A model generated the notes under the pieces. It saw only the letters and a program-made list of their open reading frames with translations. It was not told where the DNA came from and did no database searches. A program made the position numbers and the translations under genes. Shown here piece after piece: positions 1 through 10,753 of a DNA stretch of 64,000 nt. This stretch comes from Candidatus Multivoradales bacterium (GTDB lineage: Bacteria; Acidobacteriota; Thermoanaerobaculia; Multivoradales; JAHEKO01). The stretch spans positions 736,001 through 800,000 of the forward strand of contig CBDCVR010000015.1 in the NCBI GenBank assembly GCA_965223155.1, read 5' to 3'. Each line of letters starts with the position of its first letter. Within the stretch, counting starts at the first letter, position 1.

Positions 1-5
1 GGTCG

Positions 6-383
6 TCACAGGCTCGCCCGATCGCCTAGTAGGTACCGGGCGACATCGACGTAGTCGATGACGAGTGACAGCAGGTTGGTCACGAAGAGGGTCCGGATCC
101 AGCCATCGAAGAGCCGGTCACCCGACAAACCCGAGCGCCGCCGGTGCAGCAGGACGAGAAGCGGCGTCCAGACGAGGACGTGCGAGAGGCCCAGGAGGCG
201 GTTGTAGCCATTGAGCTCGCACAGAACGGTCATCAAGACCACATTGACAAGCCAGGCTCCCAGCACCCAGCGCGCCTCGGCCCGGCGGAGAAAGAAGATC
301 GCCGCGCTGTTGACCACGATCAACCAGAAGACCCAGGCCTGAAGAGCCGGTGTCTCCGCCAAGAGATGCTCGAAGAGCTTCAT
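6..383 (-). CDS. Small hypothetical integral membrane protein (~125 aa)
   Basis: ATG at 383 (MKLFEHLL...), 7 bp after the previous gene; about 4 hydrophobic segments. Confidence 0.7.
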   Translation of the reverse strand: MKLFEHLLAETPALQAWVFWLIVVNSAAIFFLRRAEARWVLGAWLVNVVLMTVLCELNGYNRLLGLSHVLVWTPLLVLLHRRRSGLSGDRLFDGWIRTLFVTNLLSLVIDYVDVARYLLGDRASL

Positions 384-390
384 GCCGCGT

Positions 391-804
391 TCACCTCGCG
401 GACCCTGCCGGCCAGTGGCGGCGCCGACCCAAGAAGTAGAGCGCGCACAGCCAGTCGTAGGACACGCAGGCCCAGGCATACCACAGCGGCACGTAGTGGC
501 TGCCGCTTCGTCCGTGGTAGAGATCCCAGAGGCCGTGAGCCATGTAGCCGAGGGGCAAGAGAGCGTAGCGCCCGCGCCCGGCGGCCAGTGCGATCGCGGT
601 CAGCACCCCGAGCACGAGGACCTCTTGCGGCACGGCGTCCCAGGCGCCGGCCGCGACCACGAACCCCACGTAGATGACCTGCATCGCGATCAAGATCGCC
701 GCGTAGATGCGTGGTTCCGCTCGGGACCCGCGCGAGCGCGCCCAGGCGATGGTCAGCGCCGCCCCGGCGAGCCCGAGGAATGCGTAGGTGAAGACGCCGG
801 TCAT
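391..804 (-). CDS. Membrane protein, DUF6010-like
   Basis: ATG at 804 (MTGVFTYAF...); hydrophobic; HGLWD..H and VP.WY...C..YD motifs. Confidence 0.65.
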   Translation of the reverse strand: MTGVFTYAFLGLAGAALTIAWARSRGSRAEPRIYAAILIAMQVIYVGFVVAAGAWDAVPQEVLVLGVLTAIALAAGRGRYALLPLGYMAHGLWDLYHGRSGSHYVPLWYAWACVSYDWLCALYFLGRRRHWPAGSAR

Positions 805-824
805 CGGTTGCGGGAATCCGGATG

Positions 825-1298
825 CTAGATGTGGCAGCTTGCCAGGCCGCGCTTCTCGAGATAGCGCTGGTGGTAATCCTCGGCCAGCCAGAACGCGGCC
901 GCCGGCTCGATCGCGGTCACGATCGGGGCCGGAAACCTGCCGCTCGCGTCGAGCGCTTCCCGCATGCGCTCGGCCGTTTCGCGCTGGGCTTCGTTGTGCG
1001 CGAACACCACCGACCGGTACTGCGATCCGACGTCGGGTCCCTGCCGATCGGCGGTCGTGGGATCGTGGTTGTCCCAGAAGATCTCGAGCAAGCGTTCGAA
1101 GCCGACCGCCTCGGGATCGAACTCGACCTGCACGACTTCGACGTGTCCGGTGCCATCGGTGCAGACTTCCTTGTACGTCGGCTCGTCCGTGTGGCCACCC
1201 ATGTAGCCCACCGCGGTGTCGGTAACGCCCTCGGTGCTCCGGAACAGGGCCTCGACACCCCAGAAACAACCCGCTCCGAAGGTTGCGGTCTCGGTCAT
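825..1298 (-). CDS. msrA: Peptide-methionine (S)-S-oxide reductase
   Basis: GCFWG active site, GH.E.V.V.FDP, DVGSQYRS, AEDYHQRY; AAGGAG RBS. Confidence 0.97.
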   Translation of the reverse strand: MTETATFGAGCFWGVEALFRSTEGVTDTAVGYMGGHTDEPTYKEVCTDGTGHVEVVQVEFDPEAVGFERLLEIFWDNHDPTTADRQGPDVGSQYRSVVFAHNEAQRETAERMREALDASGRFPAPIVTAIEPAAAFWLAEDYHQRYLEKRGLASCHI

Positions 1299-1376
1299 GC
1301 TCGCTCCTTTCCAGTTCCACCAACGCCGCGTCGTGTCGAGGAATTCCCCCGGCCCGTTGCGGTCAGCGCAGCGCGG

Positions 1377-1741
1377 TCAGTCCCGCAGCACGACCAGGGG
1401 CGCCAGGAGGCCGCCGCCCAGAATCGCGGGCACGCCCAGGATCAGGGTCGTCAGCGTGTACCAGGAGGGCTCGACGCTCGAGCTCCGCGCCAGGCTGACC
1501 ACCAGGACTACCGTGAAAATGGCGGCCACGGTTCCGGCGTAGACCAGCGGCCGGCGGCCGGCGACGACCGCACTCAGAAAGCCGGCCAGGATCGAGGCCA
1601 CGAGAAACGCGAGCAGACCCGCCACGATCGGCCCCGTGCCCGGCTCCTCCGGCCGGCCGAAAAGCCAACCCACCACGGCCATGGCCGCGGCCGTGCAGAC
1701 GACGTAGCCGAGCAGAATTCCCAGAAGGCTGCGGACCAGGT

Positions 1742-1745
<4 letters not shown>
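1377..1745 (-). CDS. Hypothetical 4-TM membrane protein
   Basis: GTG start overlaps the lpdA stop (GTGA); four hydrophobic helices; P.WY motif before the last TM. Confidence 0.7.
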
Positions 1746-3637
<1,892 letters not shown>

Positions 3638-3680
3638 GCCCTCTCGGCCGGCCGGACCGGATGACTCCGGATCGGCACGA

Positions 3681-5084
3681 TCACAGCAAGAGCCGGCGCA
3701 GGTCGGCCAGCACCGTCGTCAGGTAGCGCGTAAACCGGACCGCCATCGCCCCGTCAATGACGCGGTGGTCGTAGGACAGCGACACCGGCAGCATCAGGCG
3801 CGGCACGAACGCCTCTCCGTTCCAGACCGGCTCGGTCTTGGAGCGCGAGACGCCCAGGATCGCGACCTCGGGCCAGTTGACGATGGGCGTAAACGCGGTC
3901 CCGCCGATGCCCCCAAGGCTCGAAACCGTAAAGCTTCCGCCACGAAGCTGGTCGGGCTTGAGCTTGCGCTCGCGCGCCTGGACGCTGACTTCGGCCAGCT
4001 CGCGGGCGAGCTCGAAGATGCCCTTCTTGTCGACCTCCCGAAGCACCGGCACGATCAGTCCGTCGGCGGTATCGACCGCCACGCCGATATTGAAATAGCG
4101 CTTGAGAACGATGTGTTCCCCGCCGGCATCGAGCGAAGCGTTCAAGCGCGGAAATTCCTGAAGCGCCGCCACGACCGCCTTCAGGACGAGCGCGAGCGGG
4201 GTCAGATTGAAGCCCTGCTCCTTGGCTCGGGCCTTGTGCTCCTGCCGAAAGGCCTCGAGCTCGGTGATGTCGGCGACGTCGTGCTGGGTTACGTGCGGAA
4301 TCGTCAGCCAGCTGCGCTGGAGATTGGCGCTCGACAGCCGCTGGATTCTGGTGAGCGGCTGGCGCTCGACCTCGCCGAACTTCGAAAAGTCGATCGCCGG
4401 CAGCGCCGGCGCCGCCAGTCCGGGGCCGGCTCCGGCCGCGGCGGCGGGGCCGGCCGCCAGGGTCGTCTTGACGTAGCCGCGCACGTCGTCTTGCACAATC
4501 CGGCCCTTGCGGCCTGTACCCGGGACCTGGCGCAAATCGACGCCTAGCTCGCGCGCCAGCCGCCGTACCGCCGGCGAGGCGTAGACCTTGGAGAAGTCCG
4601 CGCTTACCACTTCGGCGGCATGAGGCGGGGGCTCGGTTCTGTCCGGCTCGGTTCTGTCCGGCTCGGTTCTGTCCGGCTCGGGGCTGTCTGGCTCAGGGCG
4701 GGGCCGCTCGGGGGTCTCCTGTGCGATTCCGGCTTTGGGCTCGGGCTCGGCCTTCCCGGGTTCCGCTGGGGCCGGCTCGGGCTGGACGGGTTCGGGTGCC
4801 GCCGAGGATTCGGAATCCTTGGCCTTGGCAGACTCCGCGGAATCGACGAGCTCCAAGACCAGGACCAGCGAACCCTCGCGCACCTTGTCCCCGGCCTTGA
4901 CCTTGACCTCCTGGACGGTGCCCGCCTCGGGAGACGGCACGTCCATGGTCGCCTTGTCGCTCTCGAGCGAAACCAGCGAGTCGTCCCGCGCCACGGAGTC
5001 GCCGGTGGCGACGTAGACCTCTACGACATCGACCTCGTCGACCTCGCCCAGATCGGGAATCCTGACTTCGTAGCGTTCGGCCAT
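3681..5084 (-). CDS. aceF: Pyruvate dehydrogenase E2, dihydrolipoyllysine acetyltransferase (one lipoyl domain)
   Basis: ESDKATMDVP, ASPAVRRLARE E3-binding domain, SYDHRVIDG. Confidence 0.96.
   Translation of the reverse strand: MAERYEVRIPDLGEVDEVDVVEVYVATGDSVARDDSLVSLESDKATMDVPSPEAGTVQEVKVKAGDKVREGSLVLVLELVDSAESAKAKDSESSAAPEPVQPEPAPAEPGKAEPEPKAGIAQETPERPRPEPDSPEPDRTEPDRTEPDRTEPPPHAAEVVSADFSKVYASPAVRRLARELGVDLRQVPGTGRKGRIVQDDVRGYVKTTLAAGPAAAAGAGPGLAAPALPAIDFSKFGEVERQPLTRIQRLSSANLQRSWLTIPHVTQHDVADITELEAFRQEHKARAKEQGFNLTPLALVLKAVVAALQEFPRLNASLDAGGEHIVLKRYFNIGVAVDTADGLIVPVLREVDKKGIFELARELAEVSVQARERKLKPDQLRGGSFTVSSLGGIGGTAFTPIVNWPEVAILGVSRSKTEPVWNGEAFVPRLMLPVSLSYDHRVIDGAMAVRFTRYLTTVLADLRRLLL
4630..4689. 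repeat. 15-bp tandem repeat (GGCTCGGTTCTGTCC x3 + 1 degenerate) in the aceF linker
   Basis: Directly visible; encodes EPDRT repeats. Confidence 0.9.
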
Positions 5085-5141
5085 CTTGCTTGGAATTAGT
5101 GCTCGGAGATGGTGTTCAGAACTCGGTTCGGGGCGGCTGGC

Positions 5142-7841
5142 TCAGACCGTCCAGGGCTCGGGCCGGTCTGGATCGATCTCGTACTTGGCGATGGCCTCGG
5201 CCACCCGCTCGCCCGGAATCGTCCCGTCATCGGCAAGCGCCTTGAGGGCCGCCACCGCGACGTGGCGGCGATCGACCTCGAAGAAGTCGCGCAAGGTCTC
5301 GCGGGTGTCGCTCCGGCCGAAGCCGTCGGTGCCCAGGGTCACGAACCGTCCCGGCACGAAGGGACGGATCTGCTCGGCGAACGAGCGCATGTAATCGGTC
5401 GCCGCGATCACCGGACCGGAACCGCCTTCGAGCTGCTCTTCCACCCACGAGTTGCGCGCCGGCTGGTCCGGGTGGAGACGGTTCCAACGCTCCGCGGCAA
5501 GGCCATCTCGGCGCAGGAGGTTGAAGCTCGGCGCGCTCCAGAGCTCGGCACTCACCCCAAAATCGGCGGCCAGGAGCTCGGCCGCCGCCTCGACCTCGCG
5601 CAGGATCGTTCCGGATCCCACCAGCCGCACTCTCGGAGCCTTCTTGGACTTCCCGGCCGGCTTCGGCTTGGGCGCCGGACGCAGCAGGTAGAGCCCGCGG
5701 GTGATCCCTTCCTCGGCGCCCTCCGGCATCGAGCCGTGCCGGTAGTTCTCGTTCACCACGGTGATGTAGTAGAAGGTGTCCTCGCCGTCCCGGTACATCC
5801 GGCGCAGACCGTCCTGGACGATCACCGCAAGCTCGTAGCTATAGGTCGGGTCGTAGGCGCGGCAGGTGGGCACGGTCGAAGCCAGCAGATGGCTGTGGCC
5901 GTCCTGGTGCTGGAGCCCCTCGCCGTTCAGGGTCGTTCGTCCCGACGTCGCGCCCATCAAGAAGCCCCGCGCGCGCATGTCGGCGGCCTGCCAGATGAGA
6001 TCCCCGACCCGCTGGAACCCGAACATCGAGTAGAAGATGAAGAACGGGATCATGTGGAGACCGTGGTTGGCGTAGGCGGTGCCGGCCGCGATCCACGAGC
6101 ACAGAGCGCCCGCCTCCGAGATCCCCTCCTGCAGAATCTGCCCGGACTTCTCCTCCCGGTAGTAGGCGAGCTGATCGTGGTCTTCCGGGGTGTAAAGCTG
6201 GCCGGTGGGCGCGTAGATTCCGACCTGGCGGAACATGCCCTCCATGCCGAAGGTCCGCGCCTCGTCGGCCACGATCGGCACCAACCGCTCCTTGATCGAC
6301 TTGTCCCGCGTCAGGGTCATGAGGATGCGGACGAACGCCATCGTCGTTGACATCTCGCGCTCGCCGCTGCCTTCCAGGAGAGCGCTGAAGGCCGAGAGAT
6401 CCGGCACCTCGAGCGACTCGGCCTCCACCGACCGCGTCGGCATGAAGCCGCCCAGGGACGCCCGCCGTTCCTTGAGGTAGCGCATCGGCGCGCTGTCCTC
6501 ATCGGGTTTGTAGAACGGCAGCTCGTCGATCTGCTCGTCGGTCAGCGGAATGTTGAAGCGGTCCCGGAAGTGACGCAGCGCCTCCTCGCCGATCTTCTTC
6601 TGCTGGTGCGTGATGTTCTGTCCCTCGCCGGCCTCGCCCATGCCGTAGCCCTTGATGGTCTTGGCCAGGATCACCGTGGGCTGTCCCCGGTGAGCGTGGG
6701 CCGCGGCGAACGCCGCATAGACCTTCTGCGGATCGTGGCCGCCGCGCTTCAAGCGCCACAGATCGGAGTCGGACATGTCGGCGACCATCTCGGCCAGCTC
6801 CGGGTACTTGCCGAAGAAGTGCTCGCGAACGTAGGCCCCGTCCTCGGAGGCGTACATCTGGTACTCGCCATCCACGACCTCTTCCATCCGCTGGCGCAAG
6901 AGGCCGGTTCGGTCCCGGGCCAGGAGCGGATCCCAGTTGGAGCCCCAAACGACCTTGATGACGTTCCAGCCGGCTCCCCGGAAGACGGCCTCCAGTTCCT
7001 GCACGATCTTGCCGTTGCCCCGCACCGGACCATCCAGGCGTTGCAAGTTGCAGTTGATGACGAAGATCAGGTTGTCGAGCTTCTCGCGCGAACCGAGCGA
7101 GATCGCGCCCAGGGACTCGGGCTCGTCCATCTCGCCGTCGCCGAGAAAGGCCCAGACCTTTCGCGCCTCGGTGTCCAGAAGACCCCGGTTGTGGAGGTAC
7201 TTCATGAAGCGCGCCTGGTAGATCGCCGAGATCGAGGTCAGCCCCATCGACACCGTCGGGAACTGCCAGAAGCCCGGCATCAGCCAGGGGTGGGGATACG
7301 AGGACAGCCCGCCGCCGCCTACCTCCTCGCGAAAGTTGTGGAGCTCGTCCTCGCTGATCCGGCCTTCGAGAAAGGCGCGGGCGTAGACGCCGGGCGAGCT
7401 ATGGCCCTGGAACATGACGAGATCGCCACCATGCTCGTCCGTGCGGGCGCGGAAGAAATGATTGAAGCCGATCTCGAAGAGATTCGCGACCGATTGATAG
7501 GTCGCGATGTGACCGCCCAGGCCGCCGCCCTTGCGGTTGGCCCGAACCACCATGGCCATGGCGTTCCAGCGGATGATCGACTTGATCCGGCGTTCCAGAG
7601 CCGCGTCGCCCGGGCGCTGGGCCTCCTGGTGGGGCGGGATGGTGTTGATGTAGGCGGTGGTCGCGTTGTACGGAAGGTAGGCGCCGGAGCGGCGGGCCTT
7701 TTCGACCAGGGACTCGATCAAGAAGTGCGCGCGCTCGGGCCCGTCCCGCTCGATGACCTCGGCTAGGGCCTCCTTCCACTCACGCGTTTCCTCCGGATCG
7801 ATGTCCCGAGGTCGCCGACTGTCGATGTCTTCCGCAGTCAT
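5142..7841 (-). CDS. aceE: Pyruvate dehydrogenase E1, homodimeric type
   Basis: DIDPEETREW N-terminus, GDGEMDEPES...NCN ThDP motif, GEGLQHQDG, GTDGFGRSD. Confidence 0.97.
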   Translation of the reverse strand: MTAEDIDSRRPRDIDPEETREWKEALAEVIERDGPERAHFLIESLVEKARRSGAYLPYNATTAYINTIPPHQEAQRPGDAALERRIKSIIRWNAMAMVVRANRKGGGLGGHIATYQSVANLFEIGFNHFFRARTDEHGGDLVMFQGHSSPGVYARAFLEGRISEDELHNFREEVGGGGLSSYPHPWLMPGFWQFPTVSMGLTSISAIYQARFMKYLHNRGLLDTEARKVWAFLGDGEMDEPESLGAISLGSREKLDNLIFVINCNLQRLDGPVRGNGKIVQELEAVFRGAGWNVIKVVWGSNWDPLLARDRTGLLRQRMEEVVDGEYQMYASEDGAYVREHFFGKYPELAEMVADMSDSDLWRLKRGGHDPQKVYAAFAAAHAHRGQPTVILAKTIKGYGMGEAGEGQNITHQQKKIGEEALRHFRDRFNIPLTDEQIDELPFYKPDEDSAPMRYLKERRASLGGFMPTRSVEAESLEVPDLSAFSALLEGSGEREMSTTMAFVRILMTLTRDKSIKERLVPIVADEARTFGMEGMFRQVGIYAPTGQLYTPEDHDQLAYYREEKSGQILQEGISEAGALCSWIAAGTAYANHGLHMIPFFIFYSMFGFQRVGDLIWQAADMRARGFLMGATSGRTTLNGEGLQHQDGHSHLLASTVPTCRAYDPTYSYELAVIVQDGLRRMYRDGEDTFYYITVVNENYRHGSMPEGAEEGITRGLYLLRPAPKPKPAGKSKKAPRVRLVGSGTILREVEAAAELLAADFGVSAELWSAPSFNLLRRDGLAAERWNRLHPDQPARNSWVEEQLEGGSGPVIAATDYMRSFAEQIRPFVPGRFVTLGTDGFGRSDTRETLRDFFEVDRRHVAVAALKALADDGTIPGERVAEAIAKYEIDPDRPEPWTV

Positions 7842-7982
7842 CCCGTACCTTTCTTGCAATGCCTGTTTCCAAGCTGAGCGCGGCATTGTACAGGACGAGG
7901 CCGCCGAAAGAATATCGGACGTTCGTTCTATTTTCGGCGGACTCGGAACCGTTCCTCGAGCGCTCGCGGGGCCTGCCCCGCC

Positions 7983-9275
7983 CTAGAGACGGCGCATCCG
8001 GATCCGCGCCTGGCGCCGCTCGCCGTCGAGCGCGACCCAGGCCAGAAACCGTTCGTCGCCGCGAGCCACCATCACCGGGAACCCACTGGCCCGCGCCGCG
8101 GACGTCTCGGCGACGGTCGAGACCGGACCGAGGCTGCCGTCCCTGCCAACCCTGCGTACCCGGATGGCGGCCCGGTCCTCAGCCGACGCCATCCAACTGA
8201 CCCAGGCACCGGTCACCTCGCCAGCCGCATCCTGATCGACCAAGACGTCGACGCGGCCCAGGGTCGGCTCGTCATTGACCGACACGGGCGGGCCGAACGT
8301 GCTGCCCGCGTCTCCCGAGAACGCGAGCTTCACCCGAGGCTCGTCATTGGCCGCGGTAAACCAAGCCACGGCCACGTCTCGACCCGACGCCGCCACCGCG
8401 GGCCCGTTGACCGGACAGCCTTCGATCGTCCAGCCGTCGGCGTGCACCGGCGCCGGCGCGGTCGCGCCGCCGCTCTCCAGCCGCACCGCGTACACGTCCC
8501 GAACCTCCTCTTCCGAGCGGTCCCGGTAGACCACCAGCGGTCCGTCCGCGGTCATCACGGCGTCGGTCGAACAGCACTCGCAAACGCGCGCGTCCACCAC
8601 GGACTCCTCAGAGCCGGTCTCATCGACTCGTGCGGTGCGGACGGTCATCGGCCCGCCCTCGACCATTTCCCGCCCGTCCAGCCAGAAAGCACGCACGCCG
8701 TCCGCCTCCGAAACGAACGAGACGAAGCCGTGCTCGGTGTCGGTGTCGTCCCGGTTGATCTTGCCGACCGGCGTCCAGCTCTGCCCGCCGCCCTCGGAGC
8801 GGGCCAGAAACGGTGAATACGCGTAGGTGTCCTCGCCGGTCTTGGCCAACCAGTGCACGTAGACCCGGCCGGCGGCATCGACCGCCGCCTCGGGGAAGTC
8901 GGCCCAGTTGGCGAAATGATCGTCGCCCTCGGCCACGGTCGAGGGTTCGCTCCAGAGCGAACCCTCGAAGCGGGCGAAGCGCACCCGGTGGACGGCGGGG
9001 CGCTCCTCGCCCTCTCGCCACTCGGGCTCGATCCAGGTCGCCAGGATCTCGCCGCCGGCATCGACCAGGTTGGGCGCGAAGGCGCCCGGTGCCGCGGGCG
9101 GATCGATCGCCGGATCGACGTCTTGCGTCTCGGCCGCTGGGCGAACCAGGTCGGCCGCGTCCTCGCCCGCCGGCGCTCCGCAAGCGCTCAGGACGCAGAC
9201 ACCAAGCAGGGCGACCGAGCCGGCAAAGCCGGCACGACCGAGCAATCGCCCCCGATCGACGCTCTCGAAACGCAC
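7983..9275 (-). CDS. BNR/sialidase-like beta-propeller lipoprotein
   Basis: Lipobox-like LSAC; Asp-box-like SEGGGQSW and SGDAGSTF; ANWADFP, CECC and GCPVNGP motifs; probable GTG at 9275 (start uncertain). Confidence 0.8.
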   Translation of the reverse strand: MRFESVDRGRLLGRAGFAGSVALLGVCVLSACGAPAGEDAADLVRPAAETQDVDPAIDPPAAPGAFAPNLVDAGGEILATWIEPEWREGEERPAVHRVRFARFEGSLWSEPSTVAEGDDHFANWADFPEAAVDAAGRVYVHWLAKTGEDTYAYSPFLARSEGGGQSWTPVGKINRDDTDTEHGFVSFVSEADGVRAFWLDGREMVEGGPMTVRTARVDETGSEESVVDARVCECCSTDAVMTADGPLVVYRDRSEEEVRDVYAVRLESGGATAPAPVHADGWTIEGCPVNGPAVAASGRDVAVAWFTAANDEPRVKLAFSGDAGSTFGPPVSVNDEPTLGRVDVLVDQDAAGEVTGAWVSWMASAEDRAAIRVRRVGRDGSLGPVSTVAETSAARASGFPVMVARGDERFLAWVALDGERRQARIRMRRL

Positions 9276-9276
9276 C

Positions 9277-9849
9277 CTAGAACTGGATGACGCCGCAGGC
9301 GATCCGGCCACCGGCCGCGCCCGTGGGCTGGGACACCAAGTCGTCCGACTTCTCGTGCACGATCACCGCCTTGCCCAGAATCGACGTCGGTCCGTCGCCC
9401 AGGGTGATAAGGTCGGAGCTCAGCTCGGCATGACCTGCTCCGTCGGGTCCGATCACGATGTTGCCGAGATCGCCGGCATGCCGCTCGGCGTCCTCCGGAC
9501 CGCCATGGGGCACGTCCGCCGGGTTGAAGTGCCCGCCGGCCGAGGTGAAGTCCTCGGCGCTGCAATCACCGGTCTCGTGAATGTGCAGCCCATGCACGCC
9601 CTCCGGAAACTCCTCGAGGTGGGCAACGATCTCGACCATGCCGTCGGTTTCCACGAAGTTCACGACGCCGCCGCCCAATTCGCCCGCGCGCGGCTTGATC
9701 TGGGCCCAGGCCTTGACCTCGGCGGGCTCGACTGCCACCGTAGCGCTCGATTCCTCGGCCACTGGTGCCTCCTCGGCGGCCTGCTCGGCACAGGCCACGC
9801 CAACGGCAGCGACCAACACACTCAGGGTCAGGATCTTCTTCCAGTCCAT
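9277..9849 (-). CDS. sodC: Cu/Zn superoxide dismutase, lipoprotein
   Basis: HGLHIH, GGHFNP, HGG, HAGDLGN, IVHE, GGRIACG; lipobox-like GVAC; AAGGAGG RBS. Confidence 0.95.
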   Translation of the reverse strand: MDWKKILTLSVLVAAVGVACAEQAAEEAPVAEESSATVAVEPAEVKAWAQIKPRAGELGGGVVNFVETDGMVEIVAHLEEFPEGVHGLHIHETGDCSAEDFTSAGGHFNPADVPHGGPEDAERHAGDLGNIVIGPDGAGHAELSSDLITLGDGPTSILGKAVIVHEKSDDLVSQPTGAAGGRIACGVIQF

Positions 9850-9888
9850 AGCTACCTCCTTCTCGAAACGAAGCGCTAGTGTACATGG

Positions 9889-10575
9889 CTAGGACTGGGC
9901 TGCTTCGAGCGCCAGCCGGATCTTGAGACCCTTGCGGTTGACCACGATCTCGAGGGGTAGCGCGCGCTCGTCGTCGGTGAGGAGGAGATCCAGGCTGCCG
10001 TGCCAGCGCAGCCGTCCGGGCAAGGCCAGCGGCCGGAGCGCGTAGGCGCGGGCCGCCACCGGCTCGCCCTGCCACTCGACCAGGCGGCGGGCTCCGGGAA
10101 GCACCTCCACCGGATAGACCCGGCCGCTCGACCAGATCTCCGCCCGCGCCGGTTCCTCCGGACGCTCGCGCCGCAGATAGTAGATGCTCGCCGCCAGATC
10201 CAAGGCGTCGGTCTCTCCTGTGGTGCGATCCTTGCGCCGCCTCTCTCCTCGAAAATGCTGCTCCGACCAAGCCCGAACGATGCGCCGCTCGCCGGGCTCG
10301 AGCTCCGAGCCGTAGAGCCAGTACTCGTCCTTCCGTCCGTCCCGAGACGAGATCAGAAGCTCGGTCGCCAAACCGCCGCTTGCCGACGGCCGCGTCGTCA
10401 ACCGGCCTTCGCCGCGCCCCGGCACGACCACCCGCGCCACCAGGCCCTTGAAGCCGCGAAGCGTCCACGAGTACGAGAGCTCCTCCCGGGCCGGCGGCTC
10501 GGAGGCTCCCGCCGGCCCGGCTCCGGACAGCACCAGAGCAACCGCCAAGACAACCGCTCGACCCTTCCAAACCAT
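9889..10575 (-). CDS. Secreted beta-rich protein, DUF3108-like
   Basis: Signal peptide; E.L.YSW, D..ASIYYLR, TDDERALP patterns. Confidence 0.6.
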   Translation of the reverse strand: MVWKGRAVVLAVALVLSGAGPAGASEPPAREELSYSWTLRGFKGLVARVVVPGRGEGRLTTRPSASGGLATELLISSRDGRKDEYWLYGSELEPGERRIVRAWSEQHFRGERRRKDRTTGETDALDLAASIYYLRRERPEEPARAEIWSSGRVYPVEVLPGARRLVEWQGEPVAARAYALRPLALPGRLRWHGSLDLLLTDDERALPLEIVVNRKGLKIRLALEAAQS

Positions 10576-10753
10576 GGCACCATGCTACCTAGCAAGAAGG
10601 CCGCCAGGTCCACTTGGGTACGGGAGAACCTTGGGAAGAGACTCAGGCACCCGCGGCAACGCTCGCCCTAGCGAGGCAACTTGGCTTCCCTGTATCCGCC
10701 CGGTACGCTCCGTTGCGTTCGCCTCGATCTGCGGAACTACGCGGAGGATTCTC

